The notes under the pieces were generated by a model that saw only the letters and a program-made list of their open reading frames with translations, did no database searches and was not told the DNA's origin. Positions 20,447 through 31,368 of a stretch of DNA of 64,000 bases are shown one piece after another. Every line of letters begins with the position of its first letter. Within the stretch, counting starts at the first letter, position 1. The translations under genes were made by a program, and so were the position numbers. Source of the stretch: Gemmatimonadota bacterium (GTDB lineage Bacteria; JBHIER01; G020348925); contig CP070758.1 of NCBI GenBank assembly GCA_020348925.1, forward strand, positions 4,773,775 through 4,837,774. Reading direction: 5' to 3'.

Positions 20447-22349
20447 CCTCGGAATCGATGACACCGTCGTTGTCGAAATCCCATTGCCAGGACGTGGCGT
20501 TTCCAGTGGATTGGTCTGTGAAGTGGACTTGGAGCGGGGCGTGGCCGGTAGGGGGGTCGGCCGCGAACTGGGCGTAAAGGCTCGAGACTTTGAGGAGCCA
20601 GAGATCGTACCGACCGGCACCGTAAGAGTCGGTGTGGCCGGTTATGACGTAGTTCCCATCGCTTGTTTTACAGACTGCGCTCGGCCAGTCGGAACCGGAA
20701 CCGCCAAAGTTCTTCGCCCAGACTTGGTTTCCCTCTGAATCCAGTTCTATCATCCGCAGGTCATTTCTCAGGGTTTCGTACGATTTGATGGAACCGCAGA
20801 CGAGGTATCCGCCGTCGTCCGTCTCGCAGAGTGACGTCCCGCGATCGTGCAATGCCTCGCCGAAATTACTCCGCCACATCTCGTTTCCCTGAGCGTCGGT
20901 TTTTATGACCAGCCAGTTCAGCGGGGTGAAAACGTTGCTCTCGCCATTGAGCAGATAGCCGCCATCGCTTGTCTGGCAGACGGCATTGCCCCAATCGAAA
21001 GGAAAAGCTTCGGTATTCCCGTAAAAGTCATTCCATTCTTGATTCCCGTCCGAATCCGTCTTGATCAAGAAGTAGTCCTGATTTGATGAATATGAAGAGT
21101 TGGCACCAATAATTATGAGGCCTCCGTCGGATGTCGTTCGGACATCCCATCCCACATCCAGTCCATGGCCACCGAATACTCTTGTCCACAGCGTATCACC
21201 GTCGGAATTCGTTTTGATGAGCCAGACATCGCTACCACCTGCACCGAAGGATTCGGTATATCCGCAGATGATGTACGTGCCATCGCTCATCTCACAGGCG
21301 GATCTTCCGATGTCTTCTTCCGGGCCCCCGAAGGTCCTCGTCCACAGCTCGTCTCCGTTCGAGTCGGTCTTGATGAGGTACACATCATTCAGACCTTGTC
21401 CGAAGGATGTGGTGGAGCCTGTCAGGAGATAACCGCCGTCGTTCGTCCGGCACACCGAATATCCGTACTCCCAGCCGGGGCCGCCGAAGGTGCGCGACCA
21501 TTGCTCGTCTCCCTGGGAGTCCGTCTTTACGAGATATATGTCGGAGGCACCTGCACCGAACGAATAGGTATAGCCGCATATGATGAAGCCCCCGTCGCCG
21601 GTCTCCTGGACGGACCTGCCTCCCTCGGAATCAGGGCCGCCGAATGTTTTGGCCCAGGTGGCTGCATCTTCATTGATGATGCGCGAAATCTTGGTTGAGG
21701 AGATATCAGTTTTCGTTTTGGTTTCTCCGCCACTGTCCCGTGTCATAGCCAGGGCAGTGGTTATGGCCTGAATGTTATGATAGTGATTCGATTGACCCTG
21801 AACACCGGTCACGATATTTCCGTCAATGACTGGCGGGTGCGTATTTCCCATGAAATTTGCCCCCGCAGCCTCGTATTCGCTGATGAAATTATTTGAACCG
21901 ACAATGTCAACATCTTGCAAACGATCAGCAGCAGCTAATACGCGCGGTCCTGAACACATTGTAAAAACAACCAATCCCGAATCAACGGCGGCCGTTACAA
22001 GGTCCATGGCTTCCTGACTGCCTATAATATCGGCCCACGGATTACCGCCACCCGCATACTCCGGGGGTAATATTAAAACATCATACTCTGTGATATCCGT
22101 GATCTCCGAGACAAGCACATCAGCCGTTAGGATGGGGATTCCAAAGAAAGGACAGTGTGGGAGTGATTCGTTCACTCCTGTCAGAGTGATGTCCCAGCCG
22201 TATTCCTCCAGATCGTCCCAGATGAAAAAGAAGTTCGGTCCATAACCGTTCCCCATGAGAATTAATACCTCGATGTTTTCTGCCATAAGGCTGCAGACGG
22301 CCACGAGGACAAAAGCCAAACAGAGAGTAATAGTGAACACAGTCTTCAT
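20447..22349 (-). CDS. Secreted DJ-1/PfpI domain + beta-propeller repeats + PKD domain protein (3' partial)
   Basis: Signal peptide MKTVFTITLCLAFVLVAVCSLMA; DJ-1 motifs YDVLILP, MCSGPRVLAAA, VIDGNIVTG; repeated WxRTFGG...D(V/I)YL(I/V)KTDSxG; PKD GHAPLQVHFTDQSTG..SWQWDFDNDG. Confidence 0.85.
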
Positions 22350-22762
22350 GGTATCCCCTCCTTGTTCAATAGGTACGGTACATGTGGTTTTTTGGGTGGT
22401 ATGCATATTCAGTCCCGATTCTCCCAATGGCGGTGTGTTAGATCATGGTTGCAAAACTTTTGTTTCACTGATGGAAGATGTTTATGGTTACGCAAAATAC
22501 ATGCCACAAGTTCCCTACACAGACGTCAAAATTGATATTTTTTGAAGGTTTTGAAATAGAGTGTGTTACACGGTTACCGCTGTTGATAGTCGGTGCGATC
22601 GGGGAAATCATGCAGGAAGTTGCACGAGGGGAGAGGAAATGTTTTGCAGGTCCTTCACGTCGCTCTTCAGTCGAGGGGTGGTGCGACGTAATACGATCTG
22701 AAGGAAATATCGATCATGGATGGAAAGAGAAGAAGATATATGGCCTGCTTTATTCACAAGCT

Positions 22763-22871
22763 GTCATTCCTGCCCCCGTAATAGAATACGGGGTAAACTC
22801 CGTGCCGGAATCTCCTCGATTGGCTCAACCTCATATCTACTGAGCAGATTCCGGGATAAAACCGGAATGGC
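22763..22871. repeat. GTCATT...ATG(A/G)C-bounded REP-like palindromic element
   Basis: gtcattcc...ggaatct...agattcc...ggaatggc nested inverted repeats. Confidence 0.6.
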
Positions 22872-23030
22872 ACAGTCTCTCATCGTGGAAGGTGCCATTA
22901 AACAACGTTGAAAATCAGTGTTTTTTTAACTCTATAGATATGTTCATTTTACGTTGAACTCTGGTTGATTTTATGAATAATCCAGGTACAATGTGATCCC
23001 AAACAAAATTCTCCCCTTAGGTAAAGGGGA

Positions 23031-23264
23031 GTGAGAGGGGATTGTTTCACGGAGATTTCTTTCGGTTTACCAAAGAATGCGAAGGTTATACTTACAGTCT
23101 ATAATATTCTGGGGCAAGAAGTGGCAGTGTTGGTTGACGGTGATCTAAATGCCGGTCACCACACAGTGAACTGGAATGGTGAGAATGCCACCAGCGGCGT
23201 CTACTTCTATAGGATCGAGGCGAACGAATTCACGGCCACGAGACGGATGGTGTTGATGAAATAG
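23031..23264 (+). pseudogene. Orphan T9SS/FlgD-like C-terminal domain fragment
   Basis: TEISFGLP...LTVYNILGQEVAVLV...SGVYFYRIEA...RRMVLMK* with no cargo upstream; begins at a REP-like hairpin. Confidence 0.7.
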
Positions 23265-23285
23265 TGACCTGTGGCATTTAACCAG

Positions 23286-23321
23286 AAGCCGCCGGGAGTG
23301 TCACTCCTCGGCGGCTTTTTT
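23286..23321 (+). terminator. Intrinsic terminator
   Basis: aagccgccgggag-tgtca-ctcctcggcggc-tttttt. Confidence 0.85.
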
Positions 23322-23338
23322 GTAGGAAATTTATTTCT

Positions 23339-23466
23339 GTCATTGCGAAAAAGGCCGTCGGATTGAGATTCCTCACTTGGTTCGAAAGAGGCTCCGCAAA
23401 GCGCAGTGAAGAATCTCACTCATTAGGGAAGAGATTCTTCGCCCGACAAAGCGGACTCAGAATGAC
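23339..23466. repeat. GTCATT...AATGAC-bounded REP-like element
   Basis: gtcattgcga...gaagaatctc...gagattcttc...gaatgac. Confidence 0.6.
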
Positions 23467-23577
23467 AGTTCCGTTAAAATGTTTGCCAAGAATCGCTCAA
23501 TTAAGGTTATAAATAAATAGGGCTGACGACGAAAAGGGGAAATCATTAGCTTTCAATTGATATCCCTTGTATTGACG

Positions 23578-23655
<78 letters not shown>

Positions 23656-23850
23656 ACGAAAAACCTGAGTAATATAACAAAAGATTCTTTCAATGCCAAG
23701 CCTAAGTTATTCAGACATCGGTGCCAGAGCCGGAAAACCGCGCCACAAAACTGGAGCCACAATATGACACAAAATGACAGAAGATGACACAAAACACATG
23801 CCCCTCAGCCGATACGGGATTTTCGGGCCGAGCCATTTGATTTTGTTTGC

Positions 23851-26142
23851 TTATTCCCAGGCTTTCTGGACTATGCGGCCTTCAAGAATCATTTGCTCCG
23901 TCAGAAGCGGTAGGGCCTGATCTTGGTCTCCCATGACCAGTTTGTATTCGTCGGCGAATGTGTTCTGCTCCCCTTCGTTGGAATAGGGGAGAACAAAGAA
24001 GACCCTTCCGTCTTCGTTCGATTTTAGGAATTGAATGTAGGGGAACGTCCGGCCGTGCGGCGTATGGATGTTTGTGGAGAGTATGACTTCGGTGTGGGGG
24101 GGCAAGCGTGTCACCTCAATTCGGGCGCCGCGGACGTATTCAAAAAGCTTGATGCGGGCGACGTTTGGTTCGCTCAATGTTTCATCCCGGCCACGGCTCT
24201 CTGCGACGAGGCGCAATCGAGCCAGAGGGGGATAGTACACCTGGTTCTGCACATCGATGAAGGAGCCGCCATAGCGCCAGACGAGGCGGTATAAGACCGT
24301 CGGGAACATGCGGGGGGCAAAGACGATTCGGCCGGTGTTCGGGTCAAAATCCGAAACGTAGGCGAGCATGCTTTTATCCAGGATCATACTCTGATACATA
24401 CTCGGCAGATCCTGGCAGAGGATATAACGGACTCTGTTTTCATCCAAAAAACGGTACGCGTCGGTGTTCTCTGTACTGAAGAAAAACCGGTTCAACCGAC
24501 TCAGGTCGGTGGCGTGCTCGCCGAAATTGTCGGCCAATACCGGCCATTTACCGTAATACTTGATGTAATGCCCGAGATTCCAATCGCTGAGGACCCCATA
24601 GTCTGGGGGCGCATGAGACCGAAGGGAGAGGGCGTCGGAAGGACGATTCTCTTTCAAGTATTGTAATATGGGCTTGGTTTCTCTGTAAACCGCAGAAGTG
24701 ATATCCTGGCCGCCGAAGGATTTCGTACACGGGTAATACGATACGAGGAGACCTGCGACAAGGAGAGGAATGACAAGCCATTGAAACGGCAGCTTTTTGT
24801 ATGTCCAGTTTATGAGGGAAACCAACATCAGACCGTAGAGGATCGCCAGGTATGGAAGGAAGCGGACTTGGAACAGGCCAAAAGCGGCAAAGATGATGGT
24901 TACCACAAACAGGATTTTTTCGTGCGCGTTGAGCCGGGACCAACGGGAGACCATTACGATCCAGACGATGGGGAGCAGGAGAATTGCCCAGGACATGTAT
25001 TGGCCGAGTTCATCAAAGGCTCTGTCCCATGAGGTTCTGAGCAGGGAATGGCTCTCTGCGATCTGGGCCTGCCATCCTGTCCACGTTCGCAGCAAATAGG
25101 TTGTACCGATGAAAATTTGTTTGAGAAGAAAGAGCGTTAGGACCACGGTCAGGGTCGCTGTCGCAGCACAGGATGCGTACTTCGCATAACGGGGGAATTT
25201 CGGATGGGACGCGCCTGACAACCATAGGGTGAAAAAGAAAAGGGACATGACCAAAAGGACCATCGATTGAAAAAGACCGTAATGGGTGTGGGCCAACGGC
25301 ACGCCCCGAAGGTGATAAAAGAGGCCGAAGGGTAGCGTCGTCAAAAAACCGGTCCCGTTGACCGCGACGCCAAAAGCCCACAAATGAGACCGTGTGGTCT
25401 TGCCGGCAAATGGCAGCAAACTCAGAAGAAAAACTCCTTCGAGGAGAAGCAGACCGTGCTGAACCAGCAGCCCCAGGCCGAGACAGATGCCCGGAAGGGT
25501 CCAGTTCCATTGGAAGTTCTTTTTACGCCGGATGGTTGGGAGGCTTTTCATAAGACTGGCTACGAATAGAGCGACATACAGAAGTTCGGCCGCGTGATGG
25601 TCCAACTGTCCCACATAGCTGTAATGGATGACAATGGGCAAGACCGCCGGAGCGCACGCTGCGAGAAAGGCGTTCCACCTCTTTCCGGGCCAAAATCGAA
25701 GTCCCATTGTGTAGACGACGAGAGCTGTTGCACAAAAGAGCAAAAGCGGGAGAAAGAGGAGACCTCCGGGAGGCGACGTGTGTCCCGGAAAGAGACTGAG
25801 AAAACCCCAGACGCCGGTGAGAAGGAGATCATACAGCGGTGGCCAAATGATGTATGCCCCGAAGGGATGATTCATGTATGAGTCGAAGACAGGGATATCG
25901 GGGAAGGAGTGCATGATCAACTCCGCCCTCCGGAGATGGTAGCAGGCGTCCGGGTCCCTGATGACTGGATCCCCGCCGGTGAAGGTCATAGCGTAGTAAG
26001 GAAGAACGCGCAGTCCGAGGGAGATGACGAGGAGGGCTGCGATGAAAGGGAGATGTTGAAGAACCTTCGAGCGCTGTGAGGCACCGCGAGGGTCCGAGCT
26101 GTCGCGAGGTGCGGGGTGATTCTTATCTCTTTTTCTTGTCAT
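23851..26142 (-). CDS. STT3/AglB/PglB-like oligosaccharyltransferase (GT-C)
   Basis: DPDACYHLRR, FDSYMNHPFG..WPPLYD, DHHAAE, IAES, many TM helices, periplasmic SDWNLGHYI (WWDxG equivalent) and DNFG. Confidence 0.8.
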   Translation of the reverse strand: MTRKRDKNHPAPRDSSDPRGASQRSKVLQHLPFIAALLVISLGLRVLPYYAMTFTGGDPVIRDPDACYHLRRAELIMHSFPDIPVFDSYMNHPFGAYIIWPPLYDLLLTGVWGFLSLFPGHTSPPGGLLFLPLLLFCATALVVYTMGLRFWPGKRWNAFLAACAPAVLPIVIHYSYVGQLDHHAAELLYVALFVASLMKSLPTIRRKKNFQWNWTLPGICLGLGLLVQHGLLLLEGVFLLSLLPFAGKTTRSHLWAFGVAVNGTGFLTTLPFGLFYHLRGVPLAHTHYGLFQSMVLLVMSLFFFTLWLSGASHPKFPRYAKYASCAATATLTVVLTLFLLKQIFIGTTYLLRTWTGWQAQIAESHSLLRTSWDRAFDELGQYMSWAILLLPIVWIVMVSRWSRLNAHEKILFVVTIIFAAFGLFQVRFLPYLAILYGLMLVSLINWTYKKLPFQWLVIPLLVAGLLVSYYPCTKSFGGQDITSAVYRETKPILQYLKENRPSDALSLRSHAPPDYGVLSDWNLGHYIKYYGKWPVLADNFGEHATDLSRLNRFFFSTENTDAYRFLDENRVRYILCQDLPSMYQSMILDKSMLAYVSDFDPNTGRIVFAPRMFPTVLYRLVWRYGGSFIDVQNQVYYPPLARLRLVAESRGRDETLSEPNVARIKLFEYVRGARIEVTRLPPHTEVILSTNIHTPHGRTFPYIQFLKSNEDGRVFFVLPYSNEGEQNTFADEYKLVMGDQDQALPLLTEQMILEGRIVQKAWE

Positions 26143-26204
26143 ATGTTCCTTCTTCTCCGGATACACGATAGGAGGCGTAGAACGGAGTCCATTGGTGTTT
26201 GAAC

Positions 26205-26570
26205 CTAACTTTTAAAGATGAGACAGAGTCCGACAACGACGGTCAACGTTCCCAGAACTCTCAAGGTGGACAGATGCTCCTGAAAGAGCCAGTAGGAGAG
26301 GAGCATAATTAAAATATAGCCTAAACTCAATACAGGATAGGCGTAACTGAGATCGACGCGCGACAGAGCGATGATCCAGAAGAAGGCACTTATTCCGTAA
26401 AGGAACAGTCCGAGGATAATAAACGGATTCGAGAAGGCGTGATAGACGGTCGCAAAGATTTTGTTCATGTGAAGGTCGAGAGGACCTCTAACGAGAGCGC
26501 CCTTTTTTATACACAGCTGTCCAATGACATTGAGAAGGACACTTATCAGGACGTACCAGAGATGACTCAT
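26205..26570 (-). CDS. EamA/SMR-like small transporter (ArnE/ArnF-like flippase subunit)
   Basis: Four TM segments, GQLCIKKG, WIIALSRVDLSYAYP. Confidence 0.8.
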   Translation of the reverse strand: MSHLWYVLISVLLNVIGQLCIKKGALVRGPLDLHMNKIFATVYHAFSNPFIILGLFLYGISAFFWIIALSRVDLSYAYPVLSLGYILIMLLSYWLFQEHLSTLRVLGTLTVVVGLCLIFKS

Positions 26571-26622
26571 TTCATAAACCTCATCTTCAATGATCGAAGG
26601 GCTTTCTTGCCTCGATCTGTAG

Positions 26623-27243
26623 TCAACGGTTGTGGTGCTTCTTTGACCTGTTCTCGAAAGTCTCTGTCAAGAGTTTTTTGGCCAAGGCAAGCGCTCTGGC
26701 CCGGTGGCTTATTCGGTTCTTCACCGCCTCTCCCAATTCGGCGAAGGTCCTGTTGTACTCGGGGACGATGAAGAGAGGATCGTACCCGAATCCGGCAGTA
26801 CCCCTCGGTTCACAGGAAATAATACCCTCGCATGTCCCTTCGACCGTTCTGGTCGTCGCTCCGGGTTGCGCCAGGGCGATGACGCAGCGGAATCGAGCTT
26901 GGCGCCGACTGTTGGGGACTTCTTGCATGAGATAAAGGACCTTCCTGATGTTATCCTCATCGCTGCATTGAGGTCCGGCAAAACGTGAGGAGAGAACACC
27001 GGGACGTCCGTTTAGGGCCTCAATTTCCAGACCCGAATCATCAGCCAAGACCGGGAATCGAACTTCTTTGCAGACGATCTCGGCTTTCTTTATTGCGTTC
27101 TCGTGGAACGTTTTACCGTCTTCAACGATCTTGGGAAGGGACGGATAATGGGCGCAGGAATGAATATCGAGATGGAGATCCTGGAGAATACTCTTCATCT
27201 CCTGGATTTTCCCTTTGTTCCGTGTGGCTAATATCAGTTTCAT
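26623..27243 (-). CDS. rdgB: dITP/XTP pyrophosphatase (RdgB/HAM1)
   Basis: ATRNKGK, ENAIKKA, ADDSGL, FGYDPLF, KNRISHR. Confidence 0.95.
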   Translation of the reverse strand: MKLILATRNKGKIQEMKSILQDLHLDIHSCAHYPSLPKIVEDGKTFHENAIKKAEIVCKEVRFPVLADDSGLEIEALNGRPGVLSSRFAGPQCSDEDNIRKVLYLMQEVPNSRRQARFRCVIALAQPGATTRTVEGTCEGIISCEPRGTAGFGYDPLFIVPEYNRTFAELGEAVKNRISHRARALALAKKLLTETFENRSKKHHNR

Positions 27244-27965
27244 TACGTGTGAACCTGGAGGGCCTTCCGCTGGCTTTCGATGATCTCTTTGATGCCTTTT
27301 TTGGCCAGTGCGAGGAGGCTTTTCATTTTCGCTTCCGAGAAAGGTTCTTTCTCCGCTGTCCCCTGAATTTCGACAAATTTTCCAGAACCGGTCATAATGA
27401 TGTTCATATCCACATCAGCATGGGAATCCTCGCTGTACGTCAAATCGACGTACGGGACGTCTCGAACGATACCGACGCTCACGGCCCCAACGAAATCAGT
27501 AATGAGTCCGGCTTCGATCAATGTGTCGCCCCCGATGAGGCGAAGTGCATCGTACAGAGCCACAAAACCGCCCGAAATCGAAGCGGTTCGTGTACCGCCA
27601 TCGGCCTGTATGACGTCGCAGTCAATAAAAATGGTTTGCTCACCTAAGTAGGTGAGGTTCGTGACCGCTCTCATGGAACGTCCGATGAGGCGCTGGATTT
27701 CGTGAGTCCTGCCGCTCACACGCCCTTTCGTTGATTCGCGGATGATGCGTTTATCGGAGCTGCACGGTAACATTCCGTATTCAGCGGTGATCCAGCCTTG
27801 ATTCGATCCGCGCAGAAACGGTGGGACTCCCTCTTCAATACTGGCTGAACAGATCACCCGGGTCTTGCCCACCTCGATGAGGGCTGATCCCCTCGCATTC
27901 TGAAGATAATTTCGTCGGATCGTAATCGGCCTGATCTCGTCAGGCGCTCTTTTGTCGTTTCTCAT
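27243..27965 (-). CDS. rph: Ribonuclease PH
   Basis: [42 protein letters not shown]. Confidence 0.97.
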   Translation of the reverse strand: MRNDKRAPDEIRPITIRRNYLQNARGSALIEVGKTRVICSASIEEGVPPFLRGSNQGWITAEYGMLPCSSDKRIIRESTKGRVSGRTHEIQRLIGRSMRAVTNLTYLGEQTIFIDCDVIQADGGTRTASISGGFVALYDALRLIGGDTLIEAGLITDFVGAVSVGIVRDVPYVDLTYSEDSHADVDMNIIMTGSGKFVEIQGTAEKEPFSEAKMKSLLALAKKGIKEIIESQRKALQVHT

Positions 27966-28840
27966 AAGATGTCCTTTTTTGGATTTTCGTACTTTTCAAT
28001 ATCGACACGTTCCACCGACCCCAGTGAATTCCCGAGAAATCGCTCGGCCACCTCTCGAAAGCGGTGGGGCACATCACTCACATAATAGGTTCGTCTTGCA
28101 TCCTCCCTGTGACGGCGGAGCAATTCTCTCTTTTGGAGAAGCGCACGGAGTTCTCTGGCCGTCTCTTCAGCCGAGTCGATAAGAGTGATATCCGGACCCA
28201 TAACCTTGGAGATGACGAGTTTCAAGAGGGGATAGTGGGTGCACCCGAGAATGAGGGTATCAATGTTCTGTTTTTTGAGAGGGGTCAGGTATGCCTCGGC
28301 AATGAGAAGGGTTGGGCGACGATCGACCCAGCCTTCTTCTGCCAGGGGGACGAAGAGGGGACACGCTTGTCCGAAGACTTTGAAGGTACTCCCGTGCCGG
28401 CGAATGGCTTGGTGGTAAGCCTCACTTTCAATTGTGCCCACAGTGCCGATGACCCCGATTTTTCCCGTCTTGGTCGTTTGAACGGCTGCCTTTACTCCGG
28501 GTTCGATAACGCCCATGACAGGCACAGGCATATGCTCCTGGACGGTCTGCAGAGCGACAGATGAGGCCGTGTTGCAGGCGATCACGATTGCCTTAATACC
28601 CTCTTCCAAAAGAAATTGAGAATTTTGCAGAGCGAACCGTCTGACGAGTTTTTCTGATTTGGGGCCATAGGGAACCCTGGCGGTATCTCCAAAATAGACC
28701 GTGCTCTCGTGAGGGAGGATTCGATGGATCTGTCTCACCACGGTGAGACCCCCGATGCCTGAATCGAAGACCCCGATCGCTTTCCGCGGGTCGCCTTTCT
28801 CAACTAAATTTTCCTGAAAATTACTGGGGTTCCTTGGCAT
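27962..28840 (-). CDS. murI: Glutamate racemase
   Basis: [24 protein letters not shown]. Confidence 0.97.
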   Translation of the reverse strand: MPRNPSNFQENLVEKGDPRKAIGVFDSGIGGLTVVRQIHRILPHESTVYFGDTARVPYGPKSEKLVRRFALQNSQFLLEEGIKAIVIACNTASSVALQTVQEHMPVPVMGVIEPGVKAAVQTTKTGKIGVIGTVGTIESEAYHQAIRRHGSTFKVFGQACPLFVPLAEEGWVDRRPTLLIAEAYLTPLKKQNIDTLILGCTHYPLLKLVISKVMGPDITLIDSAEETARELRALLQKRELLRRHREDARRTYYVSDVPHRFREVAERFLGNSLGSVERVDIEKYENPKKDIL

Positions 28841-28863
28841 GTGATTGGATTTTTTCGGTGAAA

Positions 28864-30420
28864 TTACATTGTGCTTTCGTATTTCGTCTTAAACCTTTGT
28901 ATCCCATTGTAAATAGCTTCAGCGATCTTTTGCCTGAATCTTTTTTCTTTCAGAAGCTTCTCTTCATATGTGTTGGAGATGAAAGCGATTTCTATCAAGA
29001 CGGCAGGCATTTTGGCGCCCACGAGGACAAAGAAGCCAGCCTGATCGACGCCGCGGTTTTTGATGCCCAAATTCAAATCCATGTCCGTTTGAATGGATGC
29101 AGCCAGATCCTCACTCTCCTTCAGAAATGAGCTCTGGAGCATGTCACTGACGATATCCCTGAGGACAAAATCTTCGTCGCTGAGCTCGGTCGCTCCAGAG
29201 GCATACTCTTCTTCAAACTTGAGAGCCGCGTTTTCGAGCATAGCCACGGCCCGGGCTTCATCGTTTTTCGCAGGAGAGAGAAAGAACGTTTGACATCCTC
29301 CAACCTGTCGACGCTTCGCAGCGTTCGCGTGGATGCTGATAAAGAGATCAGCCCCGGTGCTGTTGGCAATTTCGGTGCGTTGTTGAAGAGGAATGTAGGA
29401 ATCGTCATCGCGAGTAAGAATGACATTTACCCCCAGATGTTTTCGCAGCAGATTGGCCAACCGCTTCGTGACGTCCAGTACAATTTCCTTCTCTTTGAGC
29501 CCTGTCGGTCCTGTTGCGCCAGGATCTTTTCCGCCATGACCGGCATCGAGCACGATGAGATCGAAAAGAGCCAGATTTTGATTTGGCTTCAACTCCGAGG
29601 GGAAGTCATTTTTTTCAGATCCGGATGCGTCGTTGCCCTGAGATTGTCGCAGGAGGATGACGATTTCACTGGGATCCTCCCTCTGAAACACCTTGTAATC
29701 GCTGGGGACCTTTGATAATTGCATGGAGATTTGACACGATGCACCAAACTGATAGGCTCTCACTTTTGTCACGCACCCTACTCCCGATGAAGAAGAGAAC
29801 TGTTCGGGGTCAAGCCTTCCCCCGAGTATCGTCACGTTGAGCCAGTTGGAAGGGCCCAGGGCGTGCTCGATGGAGAAGGTCTCCAGGGCAGAGACCGTGA
29901 TTAAAGTCCCGTTGCTTTTGGATTCTATCGTCATGTCGGTGATGTTGAGACCGGGGGAGAGGATTTGGAGTCGTTTCTCGTCTTGGTTCCACGAGAGCCA
30001 TCCAGGCAGGGCATTGTCCAATATGCGGCAGAACAACTGTACGGGCACCCAGACCGCTCCTTCGCGATAGAGTGTCTGCAAGGGCATATGAAAAGCTTCT
30101 CTGTCAATGACAATGTCCGAATGGGAGAGGGTGAACGTGATCACGTGGCCGCTAAATTTCAGATCCATTTTTTTCTTTTCCGATGACCAAAATTGTTTGG
30201 CCCACAAAACGTTCGCCAAGTCATTTACTGATACATACAGAATCGAGTTGAGCTCGATGGTGCGCATATGATCTTGAATTTGGCCGTTTTTCGAAAATAC
30301 GGGAATGGAAGAACCCCAGAGAGGGCAGACTGCGGTTAACAGAACACCAAGACCTCCGAGAAGGGGGATTATTTTTGATCCCAAGTATTTAAATATATTT
30401 GTCTTGAAACTATGAAACAT
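28864..30420 (-). CDS. N-acetylmuramoyl-L-alanine amidase (Amidase_3) with N-terminal AMIN-like region
   Basis: [37 protein letters not shown]. Confidence 0.92.
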   Translation of the reverse strand: MFHSFKTNIFKYLGSKIIPLLGGLGVLLTAVCPLWGSSIPVFSKNGQIQDHMRTIELNSILYVSVNDLANVLWAKQFWSSEKKKMDLKFSGHVITFTLSHSDIVIDREAFHMPLQTLYREGAVWVPVQLFCRILDNALPGWLSWNQDEKRLQILSPGLNITDMTIESKSNGTLITVSALETFSIEHALGPSNWLNVTILGGRLDPEQFSSSSGVGCVTKVRAYQFGASCQISMQLSKVPSDYKVFQREDPSEIVILLRQSQGNDASGSEKNDFPSELKPNQNLALFDLIVLDAGHGGKDPGATGPTGLKEKEIVLDVTKRLANLLRKHLGVNVILTRDDDSYIPLQQRTEIANSTGADLFISIHANAAKRRQVGGCQTFFLSPAKNDEARAVAMLENAALKFEEEYASGATELSDEDFVLRDIVSDMLQSSFLKESEDLAASIQTDMDLNLGIKNRGVDQAGFFVLVGAKMPAVLIEIAFISNTYEEKLLKEKRFRQKIAEAIYNGIQRFKTKYESTM

Positions 30421-30862
30421 ATTTGCCCTTGAACTCTCTTTCCATCTCTCTCTTGGTGTCTCGCTCCATTATTGCCCGTCGCTTATCATACTCCTTTTTG
30501 CCCCGAACCAACGCCAGTTCAATCTTTGCGTTTCCTCTGTTGAAGTAGATTTTCAAGGGGACCAAAGTGAGTCCCTTCTCCTGAACTTTTCCCAGGAGTC
30601 GTCGAATTTCAAATTTATGCAGAAGTAATTTTCTCTTCCGTTTTGGATCTGGATTGTATCTGTTTCCCTGCTCGTAAGGGCTGATATGCATCCCGTAGAG
30701 GTATACTTCTCCGTTTTCGACTCGGGCGTAACTTTCCTTTAAATTGGCACGTCCCATGCGGAGCGCTTTTACTTCGGTTCCCGTCAGGACAATCCCTGTT
30801 TCGAAAGACTGCACTATGTAATAATCGTGTCTTGCTTTCCGATTTGTAGCTATGATCTCCAT
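30410..30862 (-). CDS. smpB: SsrA-binding protein
   Basis: [36 protein letters not shown]. Confidence 0.97.
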   Translation of the reverse strand: MEIIATNRKARHDYYIVQSFETGIVLTGTEVKALRMGRANLKESYARVENGEVYLYGMHISPYEQGNRYNPDPKRKRKLLLHKFEIRRLLGKVQEKGLTLVPLKIYFNRGNAKIELALVRGKKEYDKRRAIMERDTKREMEREFKGKYVS

Positions 30863-30921
30863 TGTGCCTCCTCACAGTGGCTTCAATATATGTTGCATGT
30901 GAAATTTTGGCAATAAAAATC

Positions 30922-30950
30922 TTGACTTGCATAATGAATTATATTATTAT
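30922..30950 (+). promoter_or_regulatory. Sigma70-type promoter of tRNA-Leu
   Basis: TTGACT-17 nt-TATTAT, 23 nt upstream of the tRNA. Confidence 0.7.
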
Positions 30951-30973
30951 TAAACAAGCAGTACGTTCCAATT

Positions 30974-31058
30974 GCCGAAGTGGTGGAATTTGGTAGACGC
31001 GCTGCGTTCAGGGCGCAGTGCCCGTATGGGCGTGGGGGTTCAAATCCCCCCTTCGGCA
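30974..31058 (+). tRNA. tRNA-Leu(CAG), CCA not encoded
   Basis: GCCGAAGTGGTGGAATTTGGTAGACGCG-CTGCG-TTCAGGG-CGCAG-long variable arm-GGGGGTTCAAATCCCCC-CTTCGGCA. Confidence 0.96.
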
Positions 31059-31063
31059 CTCTG

Positions 31064-31100
31064 AGAGAGGTCATTCGACGCGATCATGGCCTCTCTTTTT
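31064..31100 (+). terminator. Intrinsic terminator after tRNA-Leu
   Basis: agagaggtcat...atggcctctct-tttt. Confidence 0.7.
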
Positions 31101-31368
31101 CATCAAAAACTTCTATGTCACAGTCTCACAGCATATTAGAATTTAGAGGCATTGAATTCCAACAGTTTTTCTTATCGAAGAACAGGGTGCATTTTATCTT
31201 TCATCCTGTGTGCGCTTCGAGAAGAACAGTAGCCTTTTCCTGGTTCGACCCACGATCACCCTTCGGGATATTTCATGGGTTCTCAGGTGTCGTCAGGGTG
31301 GACCAGGAGCTCCGTCCGGGAACTTAATACCGAATACGTCAGTGTTCAGCTCGATATGGAGGATATGA

